Assembly (NCBI GenBank): GCA_039630575.1
Contig: JBCNUW010000013.1
Coordinates: 1 to 51,669 of the forward strand
Direction: 5' to 3'
Source of the DNA: Candidatus Hydrothermales bacterium
GTDB taxonomy: Bacteria; Hydrothermota; Hydrothermia; Hydrothermales; JAJRUZ01
Length of the DNA stretch: 51,669 bases
Below the pieces are notes generated by a model. That model made no database searches and had not been told where the DNA came from. It was given only the letters and a program-made list of their open reading frames with translations. The number at the start of each line of letters is the position of its first letter. The stretch's first letter is position 1. Below, piece by piece: positions 39,128 through 48,964 of the stretch. Made by a program: the position numbers and the translations under genes.

Positions 39128-39240
39128 ACAATTTACTACTGGATGAGTAAAATGTTGAAGATTTTTCTTCTCAAGAGCACTCCTAATTTTGGAAAAATCA
39201 AAAACTTTGTATGTGGAGAGAGGTTAATATTTTGGGTGAT

Positions 39241-40431
39241 CTAATATTTATTTTTATCTTTCTCAAGAGGTAAGATAAAAAAGAAATATAAAAAACTCGA
39301 AATCACATAAAAAAGAAGTGTTAAATTAAAAGGTATAAAATATCCTTGTGTTTCTATTATTTTCCCACTTAAGTTCGCACTTATTCCCCATGCAGAAAGC
39401 CATGCCACATTCAAGATTCCTGAAACAAGGGGTCTATCATTTTCATTAACAATCTCAAGGGAAAAATTCATAACAAGTGGTTGAGCCATGTTCATAAGGG
39501 TTGCTCTTAAAAGAAAAGAAATTGCTGCAAGAGGAAAATTATAAGTTATGCTTAAAATAAATAAAAAAGGAACCGAAAGCATTTGAGAAATTATAACGGT
39601 TTTTATTTTTCCAAAAATTTTAGCAAAAAATGGAGCACTCAATGTTCCAATTATCATCATAAATTGAGAAATTGAAAAAAGATATCCTATTCCTCTAGAA
39701 TCAAGTAAAAATCTATCTCTAAAATAAAGGTTTAAAAAAGGAATAGTTAATCCTGCACCAAAACCAACAAGAATATGGGGTATAGAAAGCTTTAATATAA
39801 GAATTTTTGAAGTTTTTACATCAAAGATTTTTAAATTTTTTTCATCAACAATTTTTTCTTCTTTTATTAAAATAAAAGGAATTAAGGAAATAAGAGAAAT
39901 TAAAATATGTATTATTAAGGCAAATCTAAATCCAGAAATTAAGGAAATACCTTTATTTAAAAAAATTATAGGTAAATTCCCTGCCAGGATATTACCAAGG
40001 ATTCCTGAGGCAAGAGAAATAGCAAAGTTCAAACTAAAAAGATGCGCCCTTTCAACCTCTGTGCTTATCTGCATCATAAGTGGCCCGCTTATTACTGAAA
40101 AAAAGGAACAAAAAATTCCAGCTATTATCAAGCCAAAAGCAACCTGGAAATAAATAGGTGTAATTATTGCAATTAAAGAGCCAAAAGAAGAAAAAATAAT
40201 GCTTATTATAAATATTGGTTTGATTTTTATTTTTCTAACAATAAAAGCAGCAGGAAATATCATAACCGTTGTTGCATAGGTCATAATTGCTAAGAGAAAA
40301 CCTATCTTACCTTCAAGAAATCCGATTTCCTTTAAATAGAGATTGAATAAAAGCCTGAATCCCGAAAGCCCAAACCCTAAAAGAAAAACTCCAATTAAAA
40401 ATAAAACTGCATCTTTTTTAAATTTAAACAT
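39241..40431 (-). CDS. MFS transporter
   Basis: 12-transmembrane pattern, LFNLYLKEIG, GAGLTIPFLNLYF. Likely start MFKFKK at 40431. Confidence 0.9.
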   Translation of the reverse strand: MFKFKKDAVLFLIGVFLLGFGLSGFRLLFNLYLKEIGFLEGKIGFLLAIMTYATTVMIFPAAFIVRKIKIKPIFIISIIFSSFGSLIAIITPIYFQVAFGLIIAGIFCSFFSVISGPLMMQISTEVERAHLFSLNFAISLASGILGNILAGNLPIIFLNKGISLISGFRFALIIHILISLISLIPFILIKEEKIVDEKNLKIFDVKTSKILILKLSIPHILVGFGAGLTIPFLNLYFRDRFLLDSRGIGYLFSISQFMMIIGTLSAPFFAKIFGKIKTVIISQMLSVPFLFILSITYNFPLAAISFLLRATLMNMAQPLVMNFSLEIVNENDRPLVSGILNVAWLSAWGISANLSGKIIETQGYFIPFNLTLLFYVISSFLYFFFILPLEKDKNKY

Positions 40432-40438
40432 TTTAGAG

Positions 40439-40466
40439 ATTATAATGATTAAAACTGGAATATCAA
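40439..40466 (-). promoter_or_regulatory. Possible leaderless promoter of the MFS gene
   Basis: TTGATA-16 nt-TATAAT-7 nt-ATG. Confidence 0.5.
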
Positions 40467-40474
40467 TTATAATT

Positions 40475-42923
40475 ATGGATAACATAATTGAAATAATATC
40501 AAGTTTCGTACCTAAAAAACTTATAAAGTTTAAAACTTCTGGGTATAAAATAGAAGTTTTTAAGGCAGCACTTTTATTCGCAGATATATCTGGATTCACA
40601 AAAATAACCGAGAAACTCTCAAAATTAGGTAAAGAAGGGACAGAAGAGGTTAATAAATTTATAAATAAATTCTTTAACCATTGATTATAATTATTTATAA
40701 ATGGGATGGAGATATTTATCGGTTCAGTGGAGACGCCTTCACAGCATTTTTTCTTGATAAAAAAGATCTATCTGCAAGCAAAAGAGCAATAAATGCAAGT
40801 ATTAGTTATTCCCAAACAAGAATTAAAAACATTCCTTTAAAAATTAAGGTTCATATAGGAATTTCAAAAGGCAGAGTTTATTTCCAAGACCTTAAGGATA
40901 ACTTTATACACAGTATAAAAATCTGTAAACAATTTGATTAGAATAGCCAAATGGCAAAGGCTAGAGAAATACTTGTGGATAAAAATGTAAAAAAGGAATT
41001 AAAGGATGGTGAGCATAGGAAGATTGTATCTGTTTTTATTCATTTTTCAGAAATCCCCTGGGATAAAAACCCTTCAAAAAGCTCAGTAATAATGTCAAAC
41101 TTCTGGGGAATTTTGAAAATCACAGCAGAAGAATATGATGGATAAATTCTATTGATAATTATAAGGATAGTGACAGGGTTTAATTATTTTTGGATTTTAA
41201 CAAGCTTCAGAAGATGACGAAAAGAAAGCCTTGCTATTTACCTATGAAGTTTTAAATAATGCTTCCTTAAAGGAGTTAAATTTGAAAGCAGGCATAAACT
41301 CTGGATTTGTTTTTATTGCACCTATAGGTAATGAAGTAAGGCGCGAATATGTAATTTTAGGAAGATAAGTTAATATAAGTGCAAGGCTTGCAGCAAAGGC
41401 ATGTAATGGTGAAATTCTTGTTAGTGAACCAGTATTTAATAAAACATTCTCTATTTTTGATTATAAATCCTTAGGAGAAAAGGAGTATAAGGGAATAAAA
41501 AGAAGAATAAAAACTTTTAAACCTGAAAGTAAAAGGGAATTTGACAGGTTTTTATTATCAAAGTGTGTATCAGAAAGTGAAAAAATAGTTGGAAGGGATA
41601 AAGAAATCGAAAAAATTAAACCTTGACTATTATAGTAAAAACTTGACTATTATAGTAAAAAAAGGTAAGGGACAGATTCTTTTAATAACTGGAGAAGAAG
41701 GAATAGGAAAATCAAGGCTTTTTAGGGAACTTATAAAAATCTGTAATGAAAAAGAATTTTACATTCTTAAAGGTAGTTGTATATCTTATGGCAAAGCCTT
41801 TTCCTATTATCCTTGGACTCATATATTAAATGAATTTTTTGGAATAACACCTTTGGACCCAAAAGAAAACTTTAAAAATAGATAAAAAACTTTTTGATTT
41901 TTTGCCTTTAATAGGAGAAATAGTTGGACTTTCGTTCCCTCTAAATCCACACTGGTAAGATATATGGATTTAAAAGAAAAGAAGCAATATACTTTTGAGA
42001 CAATTTTTAACTTTATAAAAAATATTGCAAAAAAACACCACTTTGCATAATTATTGAAGACATCCATTGGGCTGATACACTATCAATTGAGCTAATAAAT
42101 CACATTGCGAAAAACATAAAGGAAAAAAAATACTCCTTACCCTTTCTTTTAAGTCCACTTACTAAAGAAGAGGAGTTTCAGAAAAAAAGCTATACCACCC
42201 ATTTTAATCTAAGGGAAATTTCAAACGAGGAAAGTACAGAACTTGTTAGAGCTCTTCTTGGTATACAGAATATTCCCGAAGATTTAAAAAAATTCATCAT
42301 AGAAAAATCACAGGGCAACCCTTTTTATATTGAAGAAACGATAAAGTCAATGATTGAGCATACATATTTGAACATAAAACAGGTTGGAAATTTAAAGGTG
42401 ATACTAAAAAAATTGATATACCAGATACAGTTGAAAAGGTAATCCTATCAAGAATTGATAGATTAGAAATAGAAGATAGAGAGGTTCTTCAATATGCCTC
42501 TTGTCTCGGGAAAGAATTTGAAGAATTCCTCATAGAAGGTTTATACACAGAAACCAAAAAATTGAAAAAATCCCTTACAAATCTTGAAAATCTAGATCTT
42601 ATAAGAAAAGATAAAATGGAAAATAAATATTTTTTTAGGCATGCTCTAACTCAAGAAGTTACTTATAACACTCTTTCCTTTGCAAAAAACAGGAAATTCA
42701 CCGTCAGGTTGGCAACTTTATAGAAACAAAACTTAAAGAAAAGAAAGAAGAATTTCTTGAACTATTCTCTTACCATTTTTATCAAGGAGGCGATTACAAG
42801 AAGGCATTACTTTACTCTTTTCAGGCAGGTGAAAAGGCAAAGAAGGTCTATGCAAATCAAGAAGAAGTAGAATTCTTCACAAGGGCAATTGAATCCTATG
42901 AAAAAATAGAAAAAGGAGAGTAA
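40475..42923 (+). pseudogene. Decayed class III adenylate/guanylate cyclase - STAND (AAA_16) NTPase gene
   Basis: Fragments LFADISGFT, FSGDA, VHIGI, ARL, ITGEEGIGKSRL, IIEDIHWAD, QGNPFYIEE, FRHAL spread across several frames with stops. Confidence 0.88.
41622..41661 (+). repeat. Perfect 20-bp tandem duplication
   Basis: CTTGACTATTATAGTAAAAA x2. Confidence 0.95.
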
Positions 42924-42929
42924 ATTCAA

Positions 42930-44096
42930 ATGAATTATGAATCAATAATTGAAAGTTCAAAGGAAAAGCTTTATATAAGAGCCTTAACGCGAAGAGGCAG
43001 TATATATAATATGATTGGTAAAAAGAAGAAGCAATCAAGGATATTAAAAAGGGGCTTATTTTATCAAAAAAGATAAAAATAAAAAATTGCAGGCTGAATT
43101 AAAAGTAGAATTGAGCCAAAATTTTTCTTCCCTGGGTAAATATAGTGATATGTTAAATTCTGCAAAGAAAGCATTGGAAATTAAAGGAATTATGAAAAAG
43201 CATTATCCTTTTCTAAAAGTTCTCTTGAAATAAAAAATAAAATAGGCGATAAAAAAGTGAGGCTCTAACCCTAAGCAACATTGGTGTGATATACGCCTCC
43301 TTAGGAAATTATGAAACTGCAATGGAATATTTTAAAAGGGCATTGAAAAAAAGAGAGGAAATTAGCGATAAAAAAGAAGAAGCATTAAATCTTTTAAATA
43401 TATTAAATTATAAGGATGCTTTATCATTTCTTAAAAGATCTCTAATTATATGTAAAGAAATAGGTGATAAAGATGATGAGGCGATTAATCTTAGTTATAT
43501 TGGACTCTGTCATAGCATATTAGGAAATTTTAAAAAGGCAATTATATTATTAAATAAATACCTAAAAATATCGGAAAAAATAAAGGATTACTGGGTAGAA
43601 ATTCAAACTCTTGATAGTCTTGCCGAAATTTTTTCCTTGATGGGAAGATATAAAAAGAGTGAGGTATTTTTCAATATGGCACTTAAACTGCTTGAAAGAG
43701 TAAAGGACCCTTTAAGTGAAGCAATTATTTTAAATAGGCTAGGAAAACATTATTATCGTAAGAATAATTTTGAAAAGGCATTTGAAAGTCATAAAAGGGT
43801 ATTTGAAATATAAGACAAAATTAATGATAAAGAGGAAAAAAAGGTTTATATAGAAAAAAAATTTTATAATAAGGCAGAAGAATTAAAAAAAAGAAGCAGA
43901 CGAAGTGATTAAAGAAATAAAAAATAAGTACATTTTAGCAGATTTTTTAATTTGTTGTGGGGAACTTAAATTATCTGTTAAAGACTTAAATAATGCAAAA
44001 AACTTTTAAAAAGAGGCAATTAAGATAATTAAAGAGAAAAAGATAAAAATATTAGAAAAAAAGCAGCTCTTTTGAAAGCAAAAATTAAAAAAGTAA
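42930..44096 (+). pseudogene. Decayed TPR-repeat gene
   Basis: TPR fragments (IYASLGNYETAMEYFKRAL etc.) with frameshifts and stops. Confidence 0.8.
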
Positions 44097-44153
44097 TCAT
44101 TTAAATTTAGATGTATTTTGGTTTTTTAGCATCCTTTCAAATAAAATATCAAG

Positions 44154-44471
44154 ATGAAGAAAACTCAAAAAGTAGTTGAATGTATTAAAAAATATAATCC
44201 TGAGAAAATCATACTTTTTGGCTCTTGTGCAAGAGGAGAAATGGACAAAGAAAGTGACCTTGATTTTGTAATTATTAAAAAAACAAAAAAAAGATTTCTT
44301 GAAAGATTAATTGAGGTATCAAAACTTATAGATAACGATTTAGGAGAAGTTGATGTTTTTGTGTATACTCCACAAGAATTTAAAACAATGGTAAAACTAA
44401 GGAACCCATTTATAGAAAATGTTTTAAAGGAGGGAAAGGTTATTTATGAAAAAAAAAGAAGAAGCACTTAG
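44154..44471 (+). CDS. Minimal nucleotidyltransferase (MNT) antitoxin
   Basis: ILFGSCARGEMDKESDLD (GS-x10-DxD). Confidence 0.92.
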   Translation: MKKTQKVVECIKKYNPEKIILFGSCARGEMDKESDLDFVIIKKTKKRFLERLIEVSKLIDNDLGEVDVFVYTPQEFKTMVKLRNPFIENVLKEGKVIYEKKRRST

Positions 44472-44856
44472 ATGGTTAAAGCAGGGAGAATATAATCTTC
44501 GGGTTGCAGAAAGTAATCTAAAAGAAGGTTTTTATTCAGCTTCTTGTTTTATGAGTGAACAATCGGCTCAAATGGCTTTAAAGGCTTATCTAATATATAA
44601 AACAGGAAGATATACAATATTACACTCAATAAAAAGATTAGCTGAAGAATGTTTAAAATATGAGAAGGAATTTAACAAGATGATAGAATATGGAAAGATT
44701 TTAGACCGATATTATATCCCTACTCGATATCCTGATGCTTTGGCTCCACCAGCAATTCCTGCTGAGATATACACGGAAAAAGACGCAACAGAAGCACTAA
44801 ACTTTGCTAAAGAAATATTGGAATTAGTTTCTCAAAAAATTAAAGAAGAAAAGTAA
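44446..44856 (+). CDS. HEPN-domain protein (putative toxin)
   Basis: CFMSEQSAQMALKA, RYTILH, LDRYYIPTRYPD; overlaps the MNT gene. Confidence 0.92.
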   Translation: MKKKEEALRWLKQGEYNLRVAESNLKEGFYSASCFMSEQSAQMALKAYLIYKTGRYTILHSIKRLAEECLKYEKEFNKMIEYGKILDRYYIPTRYPDALAPPAIPAEIYTEKDATEALNFAKEILELVSQKIKEEK

Positions 44857-44973
44857 AAATACCAAAAAATATTTGTTAGTAAAAAATTAAAAAGTTTACT
44901 ACCTACTCTACCCATAAAAATTTTTATTAAAAATTTGAATTTCTGGGAGAACTTTATTTAAAATTAAATGAAC

Positions 44974-45002
44974 TTGAATTTTTTAAAATAAAAACTTATA
45001 AT
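44974..45002 (+). promoter_or_regulatory. sigma70 promoter upstream of rpsQ
   Basis: TTGAAT-17 nt-TATAAT. Confidence 0.65.
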
Positions 45003-45015
45003 TAATTTCCCTAAA

Positions 45016-45288
45016 ATGAAAACAAAAAGGAAGGAACGTATTGGTGTTGTGGTTTCAGACAAAATGGACAAAACTGTTGTTGTGTTAGTGGAAAGACGGG
45101 TTAGACATCCTTTGTATAAAAAGGAAATTAAAAAGAGGAAAAAGTTTTATGCTCATGACGAAAGAAATGAATGTAAAGTTGGGGATAAAGTAAGGATAAT
45201 TGAAACAAGACCACTTTCTAAACTTAAAAGATGGAAAGTTGTTGAAATAATAGAAAGATCACCTGAATTCAGAGAGCAAGAAAAATGA
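45016..45288 (+). CDS. rpsQ: 30S ribosomal protein S17
   Basis: [24 protein letters not shown]. Confidence 0.98.
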   Translation: MKTKRKERIGVVVSDKMDKTVVVLVERRVRHPLYKKEIKKRKKFYAHDERNECKVGDKVRIIETRPLSKLKRWKVVEIIERSPEFREQEK

Positions 45289-45653
45289 TCCAACAACAAT
45301 CAAGACTTAAAATAGCTGACAATACAGGAGTTCTCGAAGTTATGGTTATAAGAGTTTTAGGTGGTAGCGCAAGAAAATATGGAACTGTTGGCGATATATG
45401 TAAAGCCACAGTCAAAAAAGTAGGAACAGGCTCTCAAATAAAAGAAGGAGAAAAGGTTTTTGTTGTAGTTGTAAGAACAAAGAAAGAGATAAACAGAAAA
45501 GACGGATCTACAATAAGATTTGACGATAATGCAGGTGTAATAATTGATACAAACGGTGAGCCAAAAGGAACAAGAGTATTTGGTCCTGTAGCAAGAGAAT
45601 TAAGGGAAAAAAGGTTTATGAAAATTGTTTCCCTTGCTCCAGAGGTTTGGTAA
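45285..45653 (+). CDS. rplN: 50S ribosomal protein L14
   Basis: [26 protein letters not shown]. Confidence 0.98.
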   Translation: MIQQQSRLKIADNTGVLEVMVIRVLGGSARKYGTVGDICKATVKKVGTGSQIKEGEKVFVVVVRTKKEINRKDGSTIRFDDNAGVIIDTNGEPKGTRVFGPVARELREKRFMKIVSLAPEVW

Positions 45654-45974
45654 ATGGCAAGAAAAATCAAAAAAGGTGATCAGGTTATCGTTATTGCAGG
45701 AGATGATAAAGGAAAAATTGGAAAGATTATAAAAGTTTTACCTGAGAAAGAAAAAGCTATTGTTGAAGGAGTAAACATAGTTAAAAGGCACAGAAGATTT
45801 ATAAGTGCAGATAGACCCCATGGTATAGTGGAAATGCCTGCACCTATTCACTTATCAAATCTTGCCCTTATTTGTCCAAGTTGCGGAAAAAAAACAAGTG
45901 TCGGATTTAGATTTGAAGGTGAAAAAAAGGTAAGGTTTTGTAAAAAATGTAAAGAAAGTATTGATAAAGTGTAA
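45654..45974 (+). CDS. rplX: 50S ribosomal protein L24
   Basis: KKGDQVIVIAGDDKGK, APIHLSN. Confidence 0.98.
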   Translation: MARKIKKGDQVIVIAGDDKGKIGKIIKVLPEKEKAIVEGVNIVKRHRRFISADRPHGIVEMPAPIHLSNLALICPSCGKKTSVGFRFEGEKKVRFCKKCKESIDKV

Positions 45975-45976
45975 AG

Positions 45977-46546
45977 ATGGCCAGGTTACTTGAACATTAT
46001 AAAAAAAATGTTGTGCCCAAATTGATGAAAGAGTTTAAGTACAAAAACACCTTTCAGGTTCCAAAAGTAGAAAAGGTTGTGGTAAATGTAGGATATGGAG
46101 AGGCTGTAAATGATCCAAAGTTAATTGAGATAGTTCAGAAAGAAATTGCTAATATAACTGGTCAATGGCCAACAATAAGGAGAGCCAAAAAACATGTTGC
46201 TGCTTATAAATTAAGAAAAGGAATGCCAATAGGTGTTAAAGTTACATTGAGAGGGAAAAGGGCATATGAATTTATTGATAGGACAATATCTTTTGCCTTA
46301 CCAAGGGTAAGGGATTTTAGAGGTTTAAAACGAAATTCTTTTGATGGTAGAGGGAATTATAATTTTGGTTTAGAAGAGTTTATTGTTTATCCAGAAGTTG
46401 ATATTGACAAAGTTAAAGTTAATTTTGGAATGGATATAGCCATTGTAACAAGTGCTAAAACAGATTATGAAGCTTTGAGACTTTTAGAAGAATTGGGATT
46501 TCCTTTTGAAAGAAAAAAGGAGGTAAAAAGTGGCAAGAAAGGCTAA
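45977..46546 (+). CDS. rplE: 50S ribosomal protein L5
   Basis: [16 protein letters not shown]. Confidence 0.98.
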   Translation: MARLLEHYKKNVVPKLMKEFKYKNTFQVPKVEKVVVNVGYGEAVNDPKLIEIVQKEIANITGQWPTIRRAKKHVAAYKLRKGMPIGVKVTLRGKRAYEFIDRTISFALPRVRDFRGLKRNSFDGRGNYNFGLEEFIVYPEVDIDKVKVNFGMDIAIVTSAKTDYEALRLLEELGFPFERKKEVKSGKKG

Positions 46547-46718
46547 ATTTATGAGATGGTTAATGTATGAGCCTAAATTTAAAGTAAGATACAGAAATCG
46601 TTGTAAAATCTGTGGGAGACCGAGAGGGTATCTCAGAAAATTCGGAATATGTAGAATTTGCTTCAGAGAATTAGCGGTTCAAGGTTTAATTCCAGGTGTA
46701 AAAAAAGCAAGCTGGTAA
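46530..46718 (+). CDS. rpsN: 30S ribosomal protein S14, zinc-binding type Z
   Basis: RCKICGRPR...[14 protein letters not shown]. Confidence 0.98.
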   Translation: MARKAKFMRWLMYEPKFKVRYRNRCKICGRPRGYLRKFGICRICFRELAVQGLIPGVKKASW

Positions 46719-46721
46719 AGT

Positions 46722-47117
46722 ATGGTCAATGATCCAATTAGTGACACTCTCATAAGAATTAAAAATGCTATTATGAGAAAAAAGGAAAAGGTTGTCACAA
46801 TGCATTCAAAAGTCATTCAGAAAATTGTTGAAATTTTAAAGGATGAGGGTTTTATAAGTAGCTTTGAAATAAAAAAAGAGGGTGCTAGAAAAGAACTTGT
46901 AATTTATTTAAAATACGATGAAGAAGGTAATCCTATAATAACTGATGTGAAAAGGGTATCAAAACCTGGTAGAAGAATTTATGTAACAAAAGATAAAATT
47001 CCATGGGTAAACAATGGTATGGGAATTGCTATTTTATCGACCTCAAAAGGTTTAGTAACAGATAGAGAGGCAAGAAGATTAAAGATTGGTGGTGAAGTTC
47101 TATGTGAGGTGTGGTAA
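46722..47117 (+). CDS. rpsH: 30S ribosomal protein S8
   Basis: DPISDTLIRIKN, SKPGRRIY, GGEVLCEVW. Confidence 0.98.
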   Translation: MVNDPISDTLIRIKNAIMRKKEKVVTMHSKVIQKIVEILKDEGFISSFEIKKEGARKELVIYLKYDEEGNPIITDVKRVSKPGRRIYVTKDKIPWVNNGMGIAILSTSKGLVTDREARRLKIGGEVLCEVW

Positions 47118-47118
47118 A

Positions 47119-47670
47119 ATGAGTAAAATAGGGAAAAAACCAATTTTGATACCAGAAGGTGTTAATATAAAGTTAGAGAACAACATAATTAAAGTCAAAG
47201 GACCAAAGGGTGAACTTTCCTTCAAAATACACGAGAATGTGGAAGTTGAAATAAAGGATAAGGAGATAAAAGTTAAAAGAAAAAATGATGACAAGTTTTC
47301 TAAGGCAATACATGGAACAACCAGAGCAATTATAAACAATATGGTAAAAGGTGTTACAGAGGGTTATACAAAGGAACTATTAGTTGTGGGAGCTGGGTAT
47401 AAAGCAGATTTAAAAGGAAGAGAGCTAATTTTAGATGTGGGTTACGCTGAGCCCAAGAAGTATATTATTCCTGAGAATATTAAAGCAGAAATTAGAAGGG
47501 AAGGAGCGAACTTTAAAATAATAATTTCTGGAATAAGCAAAGAAGAGGTTGGTAGGGTGGCTTCAGAGATAAGGAAAATAAGAGAGCCAGATCCATATAA
47601 AGGAAAGGGAATAAGGTATGCTGATGAAGTAATCAGATTAAAACCTGGTAAAGCAGGAGTAGCAAAATAA
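47119..47670 (+). CDS. rplF: 50S ribosomal protein L6
   Basis: [27 protein letters not shown]. Confidence 0.98.
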   Translation: MSKIGKKPILIPEGVNIKLENNIIKVKGPKGELSFKIHENVEVEIKDKEIKVKRKNDDKFSKAIHGTTRAIINNMVKGVTEGYTKELLVVGAGYKADLKGRELILDVGYAEPKKYIIPENIKAEIRREGANFKIIISGISKEEVGRVASEIRKIREPDPYKGKGIRYADEVIRLKPGKAGVAK

Positions 47671-48047
47671 TGGATGTAAAAGAAAAAATTCAAAAGAGAA
47701 AAAGAAGACATAAAAGAATAAGAAAAAAAGTAATTGGAACCCCTGAAAGACCAAGATTAAGTGTTTATAAATCAAGAAAACATATTTATGCACAGCTAAT
47801 TATTGATCCCCCAATAGGTTCTTGTAAAGTTTTAACAGGTGCATCAACATTATCACCTGAAATAAGGGAAAAACTAAAGACTTTAAAGGGGAAGGTAGAT
47901 AAAGCCTTTCTTGTTGGAAAATTGATAGCAGAGAGAGCAAAGAAACTTTCTATTAAAAAAGTTGTTTTTGATAGGTCAGGTTATAAGTATCATGGTAGGG
48001 TGAAGGCTCTTGCAGAGGGAGCAAGAGAGGGAGGACTTGAGTTTTAA
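47670..48047 (+). CDS. rplR: 50S ribosomal protein L18
   Basis: [30 protein letters not shown]. Confidence 0.98.
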   Translation: MDVKEKIQKRKRRHKRIRKKVIGTPERPRLSVYKSRKHIYAQLIIDPPIGSCKVLTGASTLSPEIREKLKTLKGKVDKAFLVGKLIAERAKKLSIKKVVFDRSGYKYHGRVKALAEGAREGGLEF

Positions 48048-48121
48048 TAAATAAAACTCCCCTAAATGTAGAATACCAAGACACCACGAGATAGAAAACT
48101 TCTTTAAATAACCCTAAAAAA

Positions 48122-48964
48122 TCAAAAGGCTCCACTTGCTTTTTTTAATATCTCCTGAGGTAAATTTATTTTTAATTCTTTCAGAGTATTTGAATTTATA
48201 TAAAGCTTGGCATTAGGCATCTCATAAAAGCTCTTTGTCTTTTTTCCAGCTAAAATATCTTTAACAAGATTAGCTGCAATTTTTCCATTTTCATAATAAT
48301 CTGGAACAAGTCCAAAAGCTGCTCCTGCTTTGACTAACTTATCTGAAGGGACAAATAAACAAATTTTATTTTCAATTCCAAAAGAAACTATCATACTCAT
48401 TATTTCTGGGCTTGAAAGGATTGGATCAGGTGGTACAAGGATTATTTGGGTTTCTCTTTTTAATTCAATAAGAACATCAATTATTTTCTCTTTTTTTTGA
48501 ACTTTTATTAACTTAATACTTATTCCATGCTTAGAAGCAGCTTCCTCTACCCCTTCTACTACTTTATCTTCTGAATAAAAAATCCCTATTTTTTTATCAT
48601 GAAAAATTTCTTTAATCTTTTGAAATTGAACATCATAAGAAATATTCAAACTAACTCCTTTTATATTTTCTTTATCTTTTATAATAATTTTAGGATTGTA
48701 AACCATAAAAAAGATAATCGGCTTATCAATATCTAAATCTAATGCTGTTTTTAAACTTTTTTCGCCAACTAAGGCTATTATTTCATAATCTTTTTTATTT
48801 ATAGCCTTTAAAAATTCTTCTTTACTTTCTTTTGAGTCATAAACTTCATAAACTCCTTCATAATTTTCTATAAATCCTCTAATTGCCTCGTTATAAAATT
48901 CTGTATCCTTCCATTTTATTATCAAAACCTTTGAAAATAAGATAAATAAAAGAATTTGCTTCAT
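48122..48964 (-). CDS. Periplasmic ABC_sub_bind-type binding protein (no adjacent permease)
   Basis: KPIIFFMV, KGVSL, LVKAGAAFGLVPDYYENG, LYINSNTLKEL. Confidence 0.82.
   Translation of the reverse strand: MKQILLFILFSKVLIIKWKDTEFYNEAIRGFIENYEGVYEVYDSKESKEEFLKAINKKDYEIIALVGEKSLKTALDLDIDKPIIFFMVYNPKIIIKDKENIKGVSLNISYDVQFQKIKEIFHDKKIGIFYSEDKVVEGVEEAASKHGISIKLIKVQKKEKIIDVLIELKRETQIILVPPDPILSSPEIMSMIVSFGIENKICLFVPSDKLVKAGAAFGLVPDYYENGKIAANLVKDILAGKKTKSFYEMPNAKLYINSNTLKELKINLPQEILKKASGAF

Noticed and set aside
39069..39131. TTG-initiated N-terminal extension of ORF 38694-39131
   Set aside because: It overlaps the consensus promoter; ATG 39068 gives a proper lipoprotein signal.
40432..40599. N-terminal extension of the MFS ORF overlapping the cyclase gene
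   Set aside because: It is the antisense reading of the cyclase N-terminus; ATG 40431 has a plausible promoter and gives a normal MFS length.
39132..44902. TTTACTAC direct repeat at 39132 and 44895 as att sites bounding an island
   Set aside because: Only 8 bp in AT-rich DNA and no integrase nearby; compatible with chance.
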